This document shows positions 1-7,162 of a stretch of DNA of 59,139 bases, one piece after another. The stretch's first letter is position 1; each line of letters opens with the position of its first letter. A program made the position numbers and the translations under genes. The stretch spans positions 1 to 59,139 of the forward strand of contig JBDTMN010000006.1 of NCBI GenBank assembly GCA_039934295.1, given 5' to 3'. The stretch is from Candidatus Tayloriibacteriota bacterium (GTDB taxonomy: Bacteria > Patescibacteriota > Minisyncoccia > Phycocordibacterales > HO2-43-120). The notes under the pieces are model-generated. The model had not been told where the DNA came from, did not search any database, and worked only from the letters and a program-made list of their open reading frames with translations.

Positions 1-874
1 CTTCTTTTTCCTTAGCGGTTACCGCCAACTCATCCGCAGTCACAGCCAGCTTTCGTCTCACCTCCTCTTTTTCCTTCGCAGTCACGGCAAGTTCTTCCGC
101 GGTCACAGCCAATTTTCGTCTGACCTCTTCTTTTTCCTTAGCGGTTACCGCCAACTCATCCGCAGTCACAGCCAGCTTTCGCCTCACCTCTTCTTTTTCT
201 TTGGCAGTGAGGGCGAGTTTTTTATCGGTCACCGCCAGCCTGCGCCTCACCTCCTCTTTTTCTTTAGCGGTTACAGCGAGCTTATTGGCTTTGATTTTAA
301 GCTCCCTTGCCGTAACTTCCAACTTGCGACGAATACTTTCCTTTTCACTTGCGGTCACAGCGAGCTGTCTTGCTTTCAGGCTAAGCTTTTCTGCCGTCAC
401 CTCTAGCTTGCGCCGAACACTTTCCTTTTCCCTAGCGGTTACGGCAAGTTGTTTTGCTTTCAGTTTTAGTTCTCGTGCCGTTATCTCCACTCTTCGTCTA
501 ACGCTCTCCTTCACCTTGGCGGTTTCGGCGAGTCTGTGGGCTCTTTTCTTTAGTCCTTTTGCCTTCACCACCAACTTTCGCCTGACACCCTCCTTTCCAC
601 GAGCGGTTACCGCGAGCTTGCTGGCTCTTTGTTTCAGTCCTTTTGCAGTCACTACCAACCTTCGTCTGGCGCCCTCTTTTTTCTTGGCAGACACGGCGAG
701 CTTAGTGGCTTTCAGACGAAGCTTTTTTACCGGCACTTCTAGCTTTCGTCTGACGCTCGCTTTTTCCTTGGCAGATACGGCGAGCTTAGTGGCCTTCAGA
801 CGAAGTTTTTTTACCGGCACTTCAATTTTTCGCTTAACAATTTCTTTTTCCGATTTTTTTCTTCTATTTTTCAT
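1..874 (-). CDS. Tandem-repeat Lys/Glu/Ala/Arg-rich coiled-coil-like protein, N-terminal 291 aa (3' end runs off the window)
   Basis: Absent from the ORF track because no stop lies in the window. I translated the reverse strand from the ATG (complement of 872-874) to position 1 and found no stop: MKNRRKKSEKEIVKRKIEVPVKKLRLKATKLAVSAKEKASVRRKLEV...LAVTAKEKEEVRRKLAVTADE. DNA period is 84 nt near the 5' end and 63 nt at 1-250. The + ORF 201..926 is its antisense shadow. Confidence 0.6.
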   Translation of the reverse strand, partial: MKNRRKKSEKEIVKRKIEVPVKKLRLKATKLAVSAKEKASVRRKLEVPVKKLRLKATKLAVSAKKKEGARRRLVVTAKGLKQRASKLAVTARGKEGVRRKLVVKAKGLKKRAHRLAETAKVKESVRRRVEITARELKLKAKQLAVTAREKESVRRKLEVTAEKLSLKARQLAVTASEKESIRRKLEVTARELKIKANKLAVTAKEKEEVRRRLAVTDKKLALTAKEKEEVRRKLAVTADELAVTAKEKEEVRRKLAVTAEELAVTAKEKEEVRRKLAVTADELAVTAKEKE

Positions 875-894
875 GCTTCCAATTATTATGCCTT

Positions 895-923
895 ATTATA
901 TTCTCGATCCAATAATAAAACAA
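895..923 (-). promoter_or_regulatory. Sigma70-like promoter for the repeat-protein gene
   Basis: On the reverse strand: TTGTTT (918-923), a 17 nt spacer, then TATAAT (895-900). It ends about 20 nt upstream of the ATG at 874. Confidence 0.4.
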
Positions 924-964
924 TGAGTTGTGGAGTTACTATTCGTCAAGGGGGGAGCTTGGGC

Positions 965-1121
965 GCTGTGACTCTACTGGGAGTCTCGGCAACGCCGCGT
1001 GGCTTTCAGGTTTACTCGAAATATTAATTTCTCGTAAACATTGAAAGCCTTTCGACTCCCGGACGCAGAGCCCCCAGCTCTGCTTAGAGTCACAGCGTAA
1101 ATCACTACGCTCATTTCGCTG
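965..1121 (-). other. Structured trailer downstream of tRNA-Glu, ending in a second copy of the tRNA 3' end
   Basis: GCTGTGACTCTA occurs at 965-976 and 1118-1129, and its reverse complement at 1085-1096. Reverse-strand stems: GTGACTCTA/TAGAGTCAC, GCAGAGC/GCTCTGC, GGGAGTC/GACTCCC, GGCTTTCA/TGAAAGCC, GTTTAC/GTAAAC. TCCGGGAGTCGA resembles the tRNA T-arm TCCGGGTTCGA. Confidence 0.5.
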
Positions 1122-1193
1122 TGACTCTACCGGGAATCGAACCCGGATTTATTGCTTGAAAAGCAACTGTCCTAACCATTAGACGATAGAGCC
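1122..1193 (-). tRNA. tRNA-Glu (anticodon UUC)
   Basis: Reverse-strand cloverleaf folded by hand: acceptor GGCTCTA/TAGAGTC, anticodon stem GTTGC/GCAAT, loop TTTTCAA, T-arm CCGGG-TTCGATT-CCCGG. Length 72 nt; CCA not encoded. Confidence 0.9.
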
Positions 1194-1283
1194 GATCAAA
1201 ATACATAAAAAATATAGCATATACTGATAAAATCACAAACATCCTTTATTGAACTCCTTTTAACAGTAAGGTATACTGTAACT

Positions 1284-1973
1284 ATGAGTTCAAATATTCA
1301 CCTTAAGGAAGCAGCTATTTCTTTGCGAAGAAGTGGCTTAAGCTATAATGTGATTCGCAAACGATTAAATATTAAGTCAAAAGGCACTTTAAGCTTTTGG
1401 TTTAAAAATTTAGAATTATCAGCGGTACAAAGAAAAAAGCTTAGAAAGAACAATCATCTCTCTTACGTAAGAGGATTACGCAAGGCAAACACAAAGCGAA
1501 CTCTCAGAATAAAAAATGAAAATATTAATGCAGGAAAAGAAGGAGAAAAACTAATCGGGCAATTATCTAAAAGGGATTTATTGCTCATAGGTGCAGCTTT
1601 ATACTGGGGTGAGGGAACGAAATCTCAAAAAAGAACCTCTGCCTCCCTAGTGTTCAGTAATTCTGACCCCAAAATGGTTAGAGTTTTTATGATGTTTATT
1701 AGAAAAATATTATTAATAAAGGAAGAAAAGATTCGTTCGGGAATCCATCTATATTCAAACATTTCAGAAGAAAAAGCTAGAATTTATTGGTCGAATATTA
1801 CAAACCTTCCAAAAGATCGATTTTATATCGTCACTCAAGTAAGTAGGGCAAGTCAAAATAAGAGACCATTTAATAGTTTACCTTTTGGCACTATTGCGAT
1901 AAAAATTAATAGTAGAATACAATTTTATAAAATATTAGGGATGATTAAAGGTCTGTCCGAAAATTTTTTGTAA
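1284..1973 (+). CDS. LAGLIDADG-like endonuclease domain protein with N-terminal HTH
   Basis: Single LAGLIDADG-type motif LLLIGAALYWGEGTK, followed by the LVFSNSDPKMVRVFMMF block typical of the fold. The N-terminus (LRRSGLSYNVIRKRL) looks like a resolvase-type HTH. The gene sits between two divergent tRNA genes. Confidence 0.6.
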   Translation: MSSNIHLKEAAISLRRSGLSYNVIRKRLNIKSKGTLSFWFKNLELSAVQRKKLRKNNHLSYVRGLRKANTKRTLRIKNENINAGKEGEKLIGQLSKRDLLLIGAALYWGEGTKSQKRTSASLVFSNSDPKMVRVFMMFIRKILLIKEEKIRSGIHLYSNISEEKARIYWSNITNLPKDRFYIVTQVSRASQNKRPFNSLPFGTIAIKINSRIQFYKILGMIKGLSENFL

Positions 1974-2004
1974 AAAACACAAAAAATGGTATTGTTTGAA
2001 TCAA

Positions 2005-2091
2005 GGAAAGGTGGCTGAGTGGTTGAAAGCGCATGACTCGAAATCATGTAGGGTCGAAAGGCCCTCGAGGGTTCAAATCCCTCCCTTTCCG
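2005..2091 (+). tRNA. tRNA-Ser (anticodon CGA)
   Basis: Acceptor GGAAAGG/CCTTTCC, anticodon stem CATGA/TCATG with loop CTCGAAA, long variable arm AGGGTCGAAAGGCCCT, T-arm GAGGG-TTCAAAT-CCCTC. Length 87 nt. Confidence 0.9.
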
Positions 2092-2270
2092 CAATGATTC
2101 GTGCAAAACAACCCTTCGGTTGTTCTAGCGACTCATCATTGTGAGATGAGGGAGGGATGAGAAAGACGCAGCGGATGCCGAGCTAGCAAGCGAGGTCGCG
2201 AGTCGGGGTAGCGGAAATTTTCGAGCGACGGCGAGAAAATTATCTGTGACCAAATCCCTCCCTTTCCGCA
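2092..2270 (+). other. Structured spacer downstream of tRNA-Ser, ending in a 20 nt copy of the tRNA 3' end
   Basis: CAAATCCCTCCCTTTCCGCA at 2074-2093 (tRNA 3' end) is repeated exactly at 2251-2270. The spacer holds hairpins CAATGAT...ATCATTG and ACAACC-cttc-GGTTGT. AGGGAGGGAT (about 2147-2156) is complementary to the repeated ATCCCTCCCT. Confidence 0.5.
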
Positions 2271-2319
2271 GTTAGGAAATAAATCGTCAATTTACTTTAG
2301 TTTTTGAAAAAAAGATCCT

Positions 2320-2871
2320 ATGAATCCACAAGAGAGACCCAATGATTTAAAACGATTAATTAAATCGGAGTCAATAAAGGAGAATCACATAGATCAACCC
2401 CCGTCTTCTGAACAAATAGGCAAGCAAGTGTCTAGGAGTGTTGAAAATACATCTGAACAGCTTGATAAAGTTCGCCATGAGATTAATATTGCAGAGCAAA
2501 ATCAGCCATCAGACCAAAAGGAGATTGCTGTCCCTCAAAACCAAAGGGAAACAATTACAATAGGGAATAAGCAATATATTGTTGAATATGTTCCAAAAGA
2601 TGCAATTTATCCTGGTTTTGGTAATTCAAGTGGAAACATAGCCACAGTAAGAAAGGATTTACCACCTCGCGTCAGAAACTTTGTTAAAGCACACGAATTG
2701 TACCATTGTCAGGATGAAGCTACTTGGGGAGGTTGGATTGGAAGAGAAATCAGGGCAAATCTAGTTCCAGGACTAAAGGATCCTGCCGGTTTACTTGCAA
2801 CGGCTTGGGCAACGCTTTCGGATTTGGATAGAATCAAATTTTATTTGAGACGCATAAAAAGAGGCTACTAA
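2320..2871 (+). CDS. Hypothetical protein with HExxH motif (possible metallopeptidase-like)
   Basis: ORF of 183 aa with AHELYH near the C-terminus. No other family motif recognised. Confidence 0.45.
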   Translation: MNPQERPNDLKRLIKSESIKENHIDQPPSSEQIGKQVSRSVENTSEQLDKVRHEINIAEQNQPSDQKEIAVPQNQRETITIGNKQYIVEYVPKDAIYPGFGNSSGNIATVRKDLPPRVRNFVKAHELYHCQDEATWGGWIGREIRANLVPGLKDPAGLLATAWATLSDLDRIKFYLRRIKRGY

Positions 2872-2923
2872 ATATGCTTATCACCCCAACAAACTGGAGT
2901 TTGTAAGGATGATGTAGTAACAT

Positions 2924-3214
2924 GTGACTATGGGTAGGGTAAAAACAGCAAAGCAAATGGAGCGACATCTCAAAGGAATGGCGAATCACTATCGTATTCA
3001 GATTCTTTTGATTATTGCATCAAATGAGAGCATCACTCTTGATAAAATCATAGAACAAATTAATGCAAACGAAAAAACTATTGGAGAGCATACGCGGCGT
3101 CTCCACAGTGCGGGTCTTATCAGCAAGAAATATCGAGGACATTTTGTCGAACATACTCTGTCGCCATATGGCAAAACATTTGTTAGTTTCCTAAAATCAT
3201 TTCAACGACTCTAA
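2924..3214 (+). CDS. ArsR/SmtB-family winged-helix transcriptional regulator
   Basis: About 96 aa. HYRIQILLIIAS...ITLDKIIEQINANEKTIGEHTRRLHSAGLI matches the ArsR HTH layout. Confidence 0.75.
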   Translation: MTMGRVKTAKQMERHLKGMANHYRIQILLIIASNESITLDKIIEQINANEKTIGEHTRRLHSAGLISKKYRGHFVEHTLSPYGKTFVSFLKSFQRL

Positions 3215-3252
3215 AACATACCCTTAAATACTCCAGTATTTAAGGGTATGTT
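3215..3252 (+). terminator. 18 bp perfect palindromic hairpin after the ArsR gene
   Basis: AACATACCCTTAAATACT-cc-AGTATTTAAGGGTATGTT. No strong T-tract. The core is related to the hairpin at 30269-30296. Confidence 0.45.
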
Positions 3253-3292
3253 ACTTTCGAAATATTGTGTGTCAATTAATCACAATACATTT

Positions 3293-3727
3293 ATGCTTTA
3301 TCTCAAAAAGCCCAAAGATTTTGCAAAAAAATTTGATGTGGCAGCATGTTTTTTTGAGTGCAATGGAGAGTTTCTCATTCTCCATCGCCACAATCATAAA
3401 TCGGAAGGGGATAAATGGGGATTGCCTGCAGGCAAAATAAACTCCGGAGAGACTCCCGTCGACGGGGCTTTGAGGGAAATTTACGAAGAGACGGGAAATA
3501 GAGTAAGGAAAGAGAATCTTGTTTTTTTTAGAAAAATGTATGTGCGATATCCCGATTTTGATTTCGACTACTATCTTTTTTCGATTGCGCTTACAGAAAA
3601 GCCGCAAGTTACTTTGAGTGAAAGAGAACATAAGGACTCGAAGTGGGTAACTCCCAAGGGAGCATTGTCAATGAATCTTATGAGGGATTTCGATAGTACG
3701 GTGAGGCTTTTCTTCTGTATCAAGTAA
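3293..3727 (+). CDS. NUDIX hydrolase
   Basis: Nudix box GKINSGETPVDGALREIYEETG. I prefer the internal ATG at 3293 because the track start (3248) lies inside the upstream hairpin. Confidence 0.85.
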   Translation: MLYLKKPKDFAKKFDVAACFFECNGEFLILHRHNHKSEGDKWGLPAGKINSGETPVDGALREIYEETGNRVRKENLVFFRKMYVRYPDFDFDYYLFSIALTEKPQVTLSEREHKDSKWVTPKGALSMNLMRDFDSTVRLFFCIK

Positions 3728-3778
3728 TTGGCATTATAAAAAAGCCCGCGGTATCTGCCGGGGCTTCGAACCTCAAGT

Positions 3779-4213
3779 TCATCTCCATGGATTTGCTCGC
3801 TCTTCATCAACCATGATGATTGTTTTCTGTGTGACGTCAGAAATAATCTCCGCCTCGTTTTCAGCAAATCCAAAACACTCGCCGGGTTTGGGATATCCAT
3901 GCTCTCTCCACCAGCGGGCCGCACCTGGTGCGGCACGCTCCAGAATTGCGATTGCCTCGTCTTGAGGAACACTAAAGCCAAAACGATTCAATGTTGCTTT
4001 TTCACCGCTTAGGACGCCTTGATCCATTCCGCTATCGGGATAGCCGACGAAGGGATGACAAGGCAGGACCATGCCGACCCATTCTTGACGAACATCGATC
4101 GGAGGTTCACCACAGGGGACTCTCGTGATTTTGATGAGACCAGTCGCTTCAGTTTTTGGCATAATGAATCCTTGGGGTACGTTTGTGTGACTCATTCGAG
4201 TATATGCCGACAA
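3779..4213 (-). CDS. Hypothetical protein (visibly higher GC than neighbours)
   Basis: ORF of 144 aa filling the gap between the NUDIX gene and trxB. No motif recognised. The overlapping ORFs 3571..3981 and 4019..4264 look like shadows. Confidence 0.45.
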   Translation of the reverse strand: MSAYTRMSHTNVPQGFIMPKTEATGLIKITRVPCGEPPIDVRQEWVGMVLPCHPFVGYPDSGMDQGVLSGEKATLNRFGFSVPQDEAIAILERAAPGAARWWREHGYPKPGECFGFAENEAEIISDVTQKTIIMVDEERANPWR

Positions 4214-4239
4214 AAAAAACGGTCAAGGGATAAAACTGA

Positions 4240-5166
4240 CTATTTCGCCTTAAGAAACAGATAGATATCTTCAAGAGCCCTGACCGCGTCGCCGGCGGCG
4301 ATGTTGTTTTGGTGATAGAGACTGTCCGTGCAATCTCCGGCAGCCCAGACACCGGCGATACTCGTCCGCTGATTGCGAGGGTCGATTATGATATGTCCCC
4401 ATTGGTCGAGCTTCACGACGTTCTTCGCAAAATCTGTAGTGGGAATGGACCCGATTTCAACGAAAATTCCGGTCAAAGGAATCTCCTTCACTTCGGGAGT
4501 TTCGGTTGATTTATAGACGAGCGAAGAAACGAATTTGTCTCCCTTGATTTCAACTATTTGAACATTCGTAAGAGCAGTCATCTTCGGATTCTCGAGAATT
4601 TTTTTTACCGTTATCGGGTCCGCTCTGAATTCCGTGCCTCTGTTAAAAAGGGTGACGCTTTTGGCGTAAGCCAAAAGCTGGGCGGCCGACTCAAAAGCCG
4701 CGTTCCCGCCCCCAATAACCGCCACATCTGCCCCCGCAAAAAGAGGCCCGTCGCACGATGCGCAATAGGTAATGCCTTTGTTCTCGAATACATCCGCTCC
4801 GGGAATGCCTTCCAATTTTTTTCGATGGCTTCCGGTCGTTACGAGGACAGTCCTCGCGGTGTATTCTCCCTTGTCAGTTTCGATTGTGAAAGCGCCGTCT
4901 TTATTTTTAAGAATTTGCTTTACGGATTCACCTGATTTTATTTCCACGATGTCGTTAGCATAAGCTCTCAGATGTTCTTCCAAGTTTTTAGCGAAATCCA
5001 TTCCCTTGATAGAGACAGTGCCTATCCAGTTTTGGATATCGTCCGAAACAGTGCTCTGGTTTTCGAAATTTTTTGTGATGAAGACAGTCGAAAGCCGTTT
5101 CCTGGAAGCGTATACGCCAGCCGAGACCCCAGCAGGTCCTCCGCCTAAGATTGCAAGATCGTACAT
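4240..5166 (-). CDS. trxB: Thioredoxin-disulfide reductase
   Basis: FAD motif GGGPAG, redox CASC, NADPH motif VIGGGNAA, C-terminal GVWAAGDC. Confidence 0.93.
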   Translation of the reverse strand: MYDLAILGGGPAGVSAGVYASRKRLSTVFITKNFENQSTVSDDIQNWIGTVSIKGMDFAKNLEEHLRAYANDIVEIKSGESVKQILKNKDGAFTIETDKGEYTARTVLVTTGSHRKKLEGIPGADVFENKGITYCASCDGPLFAGADVAVIGGGNAAFESAAQLLAYAKSVTLFNRGTEFRADPITVKKILENPKMTALTNVQIVEIKGDKFVSSLVYKSTETPEVKEIPLTGIFVEIGSIPTTDFAKNVVKLDQWGHIIIDPRNQRTSIAGVWAAGDCTDSLYHQNNIAAGDAVRALEDIYLFLKAK

Positions 5167-5179
5167 GATGATAAGTTAA

Positions 5180-5207
5180 AAGTGCAAAGTATAAAGTATA
5201 AAGTAGA
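5180..5207. repeat. 7-nt tandem array (AAGTATA family; sense strand ACTTTAT) just upstream of the trxB start
   Basis: aagtgca aagtata aagtata aagtaga, ending 13 nt from the trxB ATG at 5166. Confidence 0.8.
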
Positions 5208-5244
5208 ATCTGATTATAGCAGAAGATGCAGAAAAGCCGAAGAG

Positions 5245-5272
5245 TTGACGCATTCGTATAGAAAGGTAGGAT
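5245..5272 (+). promoter_or_regulatory. Sigma70-like promoter (TTGACG, 16 nt spacer, TAGGAT)
   Basis: TTGACG at 5245-5250 and TAGGAT at 5267-5272. It points into the trxB-ftsZ spacer. Confidence 0.4.
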
Positions 5273-5317
5273 AAGACGAACTTTTGTACACCAATCACAA
5301 CTAAACTGACAGAAAAT

Positions 5318-5635
5318 ATGCCACAAATTTGCAATTACATTACTTTTCGGGTCTCAAGCGAAGGCACAGTTGGAAGGGAGCGGACCTTCAGAAAGACTAT
5401 CGACGTCCCATGTGAAAATCCGTACTTGCAGGGAAACGTATTCTTCGAGTTTGCAGGTAAGGGGATGGTCAAAGTGGAGCGCTCCAAAAAGCACGGTCGA
5501 AGATTCTATTTTCACTTCTGCGTCGAGAATGTTTTCAGGTTCCTCGATTATTGCGAGGCGGCGAAAAAAACAATCGGATGGGAAGAGGTATTTTCGGAAA
5601 GAGTCAGAAACACTAGAATCCGGAGTTGCGTTTGA
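5318..5635 (+). CDS. Uncertain small protein (105 aa), or a non-coding transcript
   Basis: Codon-aligned ORFs are open on both strands (5318..5635 + and 5354..5677 -). The + strand has a promoter at 5245 and a terminator at 5617-5656, so + is favoured. No family recognised. Confidence 0.3.
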   Translation: MPQICNYITFRVSSEGTVGRERTFRKTIDVPCENPYLQGNVFFEFAGKGMVKVERSKKHGRRFYFHFCVENVFRFLDYCEAAKKTIGWEEVFSERVRNTRIRSCV

Positions 5636-5656
5636 CTCCGGATTTTTCTTTTTTTC
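5617..5656 (+). terminator. Rho-independent terminator
   Basis: AATCCGGAGT-tgcgtttg-ACTCCGGATT followed by TTTTTCTTTTTTT. The T-tract is on the + strand only. Confidence 0.7.
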
Positions 5657-5690
5657 ACACAAACTATCAATTAACAACTATCAACTTCTT

Positions 5691-6863
5691 CTACTTGAGT
5701 TTCGATCTTCGGAGGAATGCCGGCACAGCGCCCCAATCGTCATCGCTGTCGTCCACAACGGGGGTTATTTTCTTTTCTTCTAACTTTATCTCTTTTAAGT
5801 TCACCGTATTGAAGCTTGTCGCAGTCGGGATAGAGTTGTAAATTTTCCCTTTTTTCTCCTCCTTGTTTTCGCCTTCGCCTTGAAAGAGAGTGGCTTTCTT
5901 GAACGTCCCGTCCGGAAAGCCAGAGGCGATTACCGTTACTTTGACTTCATTTTTCTTCAGTTTGTCGTCGCGAACGGTGCCGAATATGACTTTTGAGTTC
6001 GGATCGATTGATTCTGTAATAATTTTTGCAGCGTCCTGAATTTCAAACATCATAAGGTCATCTCCGCCGGCAATCGAGAAGAGTACGCCCTTTGCCCCGT
6101 GTATGGAAATGTCGAGAAGAGGGGAGTTGATAGCGAGTTTAGCCGCTTCTTCCGCTCTTTTTTCACCCGACGCCATTCCGATTCCCATTAGGGCGGAACC
6201 TGCGTTATCCAATATCGCTCTCACGTCCGCAAAGTCCACATTGATGATTCCCGGATTGGTGATAAGGTCAGATATGCCTTCTACCGCTTGTTTTAATATT
6301 TCATCCGACATCTGGAAGGCCGCCTTAGCGCTCGTGTCCTTGCTCACAATATTTAGAATCCGATCATTCGGAATGACGATCAGTGCATCAACCGATTTTC
6401 GAAGTTCTTCGAGCCCTTGGTCGGCGAATTTCATTCTTTGCTGACCTTCGAAGAAAAACGGCTTAGTGACCACTGCAACAGTCAAGATATTCATTTCTTT
6501 CGCAATTTTAGAAACAACCGGCATTCCGCCCGTTCCTGTTCCTCCTCCTTCTCCCCCCGCAATGAAAACCATATCAGCTCCTTTGATTGCTTCCTGGATT
6601 TCCTCTTTTGTTTCCTCTGCGGCGCGTTTCCCAAGCTCGGGATTCATACCGGTTCCCAATCCGCGGGTCAAGTTTTTTCCAATATGGATTTTTCTCTTCG
6701 CGAGAGAATTATGCAGGTCCTGCGCATCGGTGTTTACCGCGATAAATTCAACTCCCTTTACTTTCGAGTTGACCATATGGTTCACGGCATTTTTTCCGGA
6801 CCCGCCGATACCGATAACCTTAATTCTTGCGAAAGCTTCTACTTCTGGTGATATGTTTGGCAT
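5691..6863 (-). CDS. ftsZ: Cell division protein FtsZ
   Basis: GIGGSGKNAVNHM and the tubulin signature GGEGGGTGTGG. Length 390 aa. Confidence 0.97.
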   Translation of the reverse strand: MPNISPEVEAFARIKVIGIGGSGKNAVNHMVNSKVKGVEFIAVNTDAQDLHNSLAKRKIHIGKNLTRGLGTGMNPELGKRAAEETKEEIQEAIKGADMVFIAGGEGGGTGTGGMPVVSKIAKEMNILTVAVVTKPFFFEGQQRMKFADQGLEELRKSVDALIVIPNDRILNIVSKDTSAKAAFQMSDEILKQAVEGISDLITNPGIINVDFADVRAILDNAGSALMGIGMASGEKRAEEAAKLAINSPLLDISIHGAKGVLFSIAGGDDLMMFEIQDAAKIITESIDPNSKVIFGTVRDDKLKKNEVKVTVIASGFPDGTFKKATLFQGEGENKEEKKGKIYNSIPTATSFNTVNLKEIKLEEKKITPVVDDSDDDWGAVPAFLRRSKLK

Positions 6864-6879
6864 GGCAATTTTGGCTTAT

Positions 6880-6896
6880 AGCTGTTAGCTTTTAGG
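6880..6896. repeat. AGCT-heptad units upstream of the ftsZ start
   Basis: agctgtt agctttt agg. The sense strand for ftsZ reads ...AAAGCTAACAGCT... Confidence 0.6.
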
Positions 6897-7091
6897 CGCT
6901 TGCTTGAATAGAAATCTGCAGTTAAAAAACAAGTCAGCGCTACACTAGCAATCTCACTTAATGGGGCTATCATAGCAGAAGTGCTATTAAAAAGAAAAGG
7001 GGTTGACAGAAGCAGGAAGTATATATTGTAATATTATCATTTTTTCCATTAAACTGGTTGAAATTTTATGCAGAATCATCCGCAAGAAATA

Positions 7092-7162
7092 AGCTTTCAG
7101 CTTTTAGCTGTTAGGAATGAATATCAAAGCTAAAAGCTGGAATCTTACAGCTGGTAGCTCCT
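7092..7162. repeat. Two AGCT-heptad arrays in the ftsA-ftsZ spacer
   Basis: agctttc agctttt agctgtt (7092-7112), then agctaaa agctgga atcttac agctggt agctcct (7128-7162). The ftsA stop codon (complement of 7161-7163) lies in the last unit. Confidence 0.8.

Noticed and set aside
1-870. Regular 63/84 nt repeats that could be mistaken for a CRISPR array.
   Set aside because: The units are contiguous, with no unique spacers between them. They are multiples of 3 nt and lie inside one uninterrupted reading frame. No cas genes are nearby.
201-926. Track ORF of 241 aa on the + strand (AVTASL-type repeats).
   Set aside because: It is the antisense shadow of the reverse-strand repeat gene. That gene has an ATG, a promoter-like element and a sensible charged coiled-coil-like translation. 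The + frame gives a low-complexity Ser/Phe/Leu/Thr sequence.
6103-6888. Multiple + strand ORFs (6103..6444, 6417..6851, 6466..6888). Similar antisense or overlapping ORFs occur inside ftsA, rpsA, gyrA, ahcY, pyrG and the PEP-enzyme genes.
   Set aside because: All lie inside, and opposite or out of frame to, genes with unmistakable conserved motifs. They are treated as shadow ORFs.
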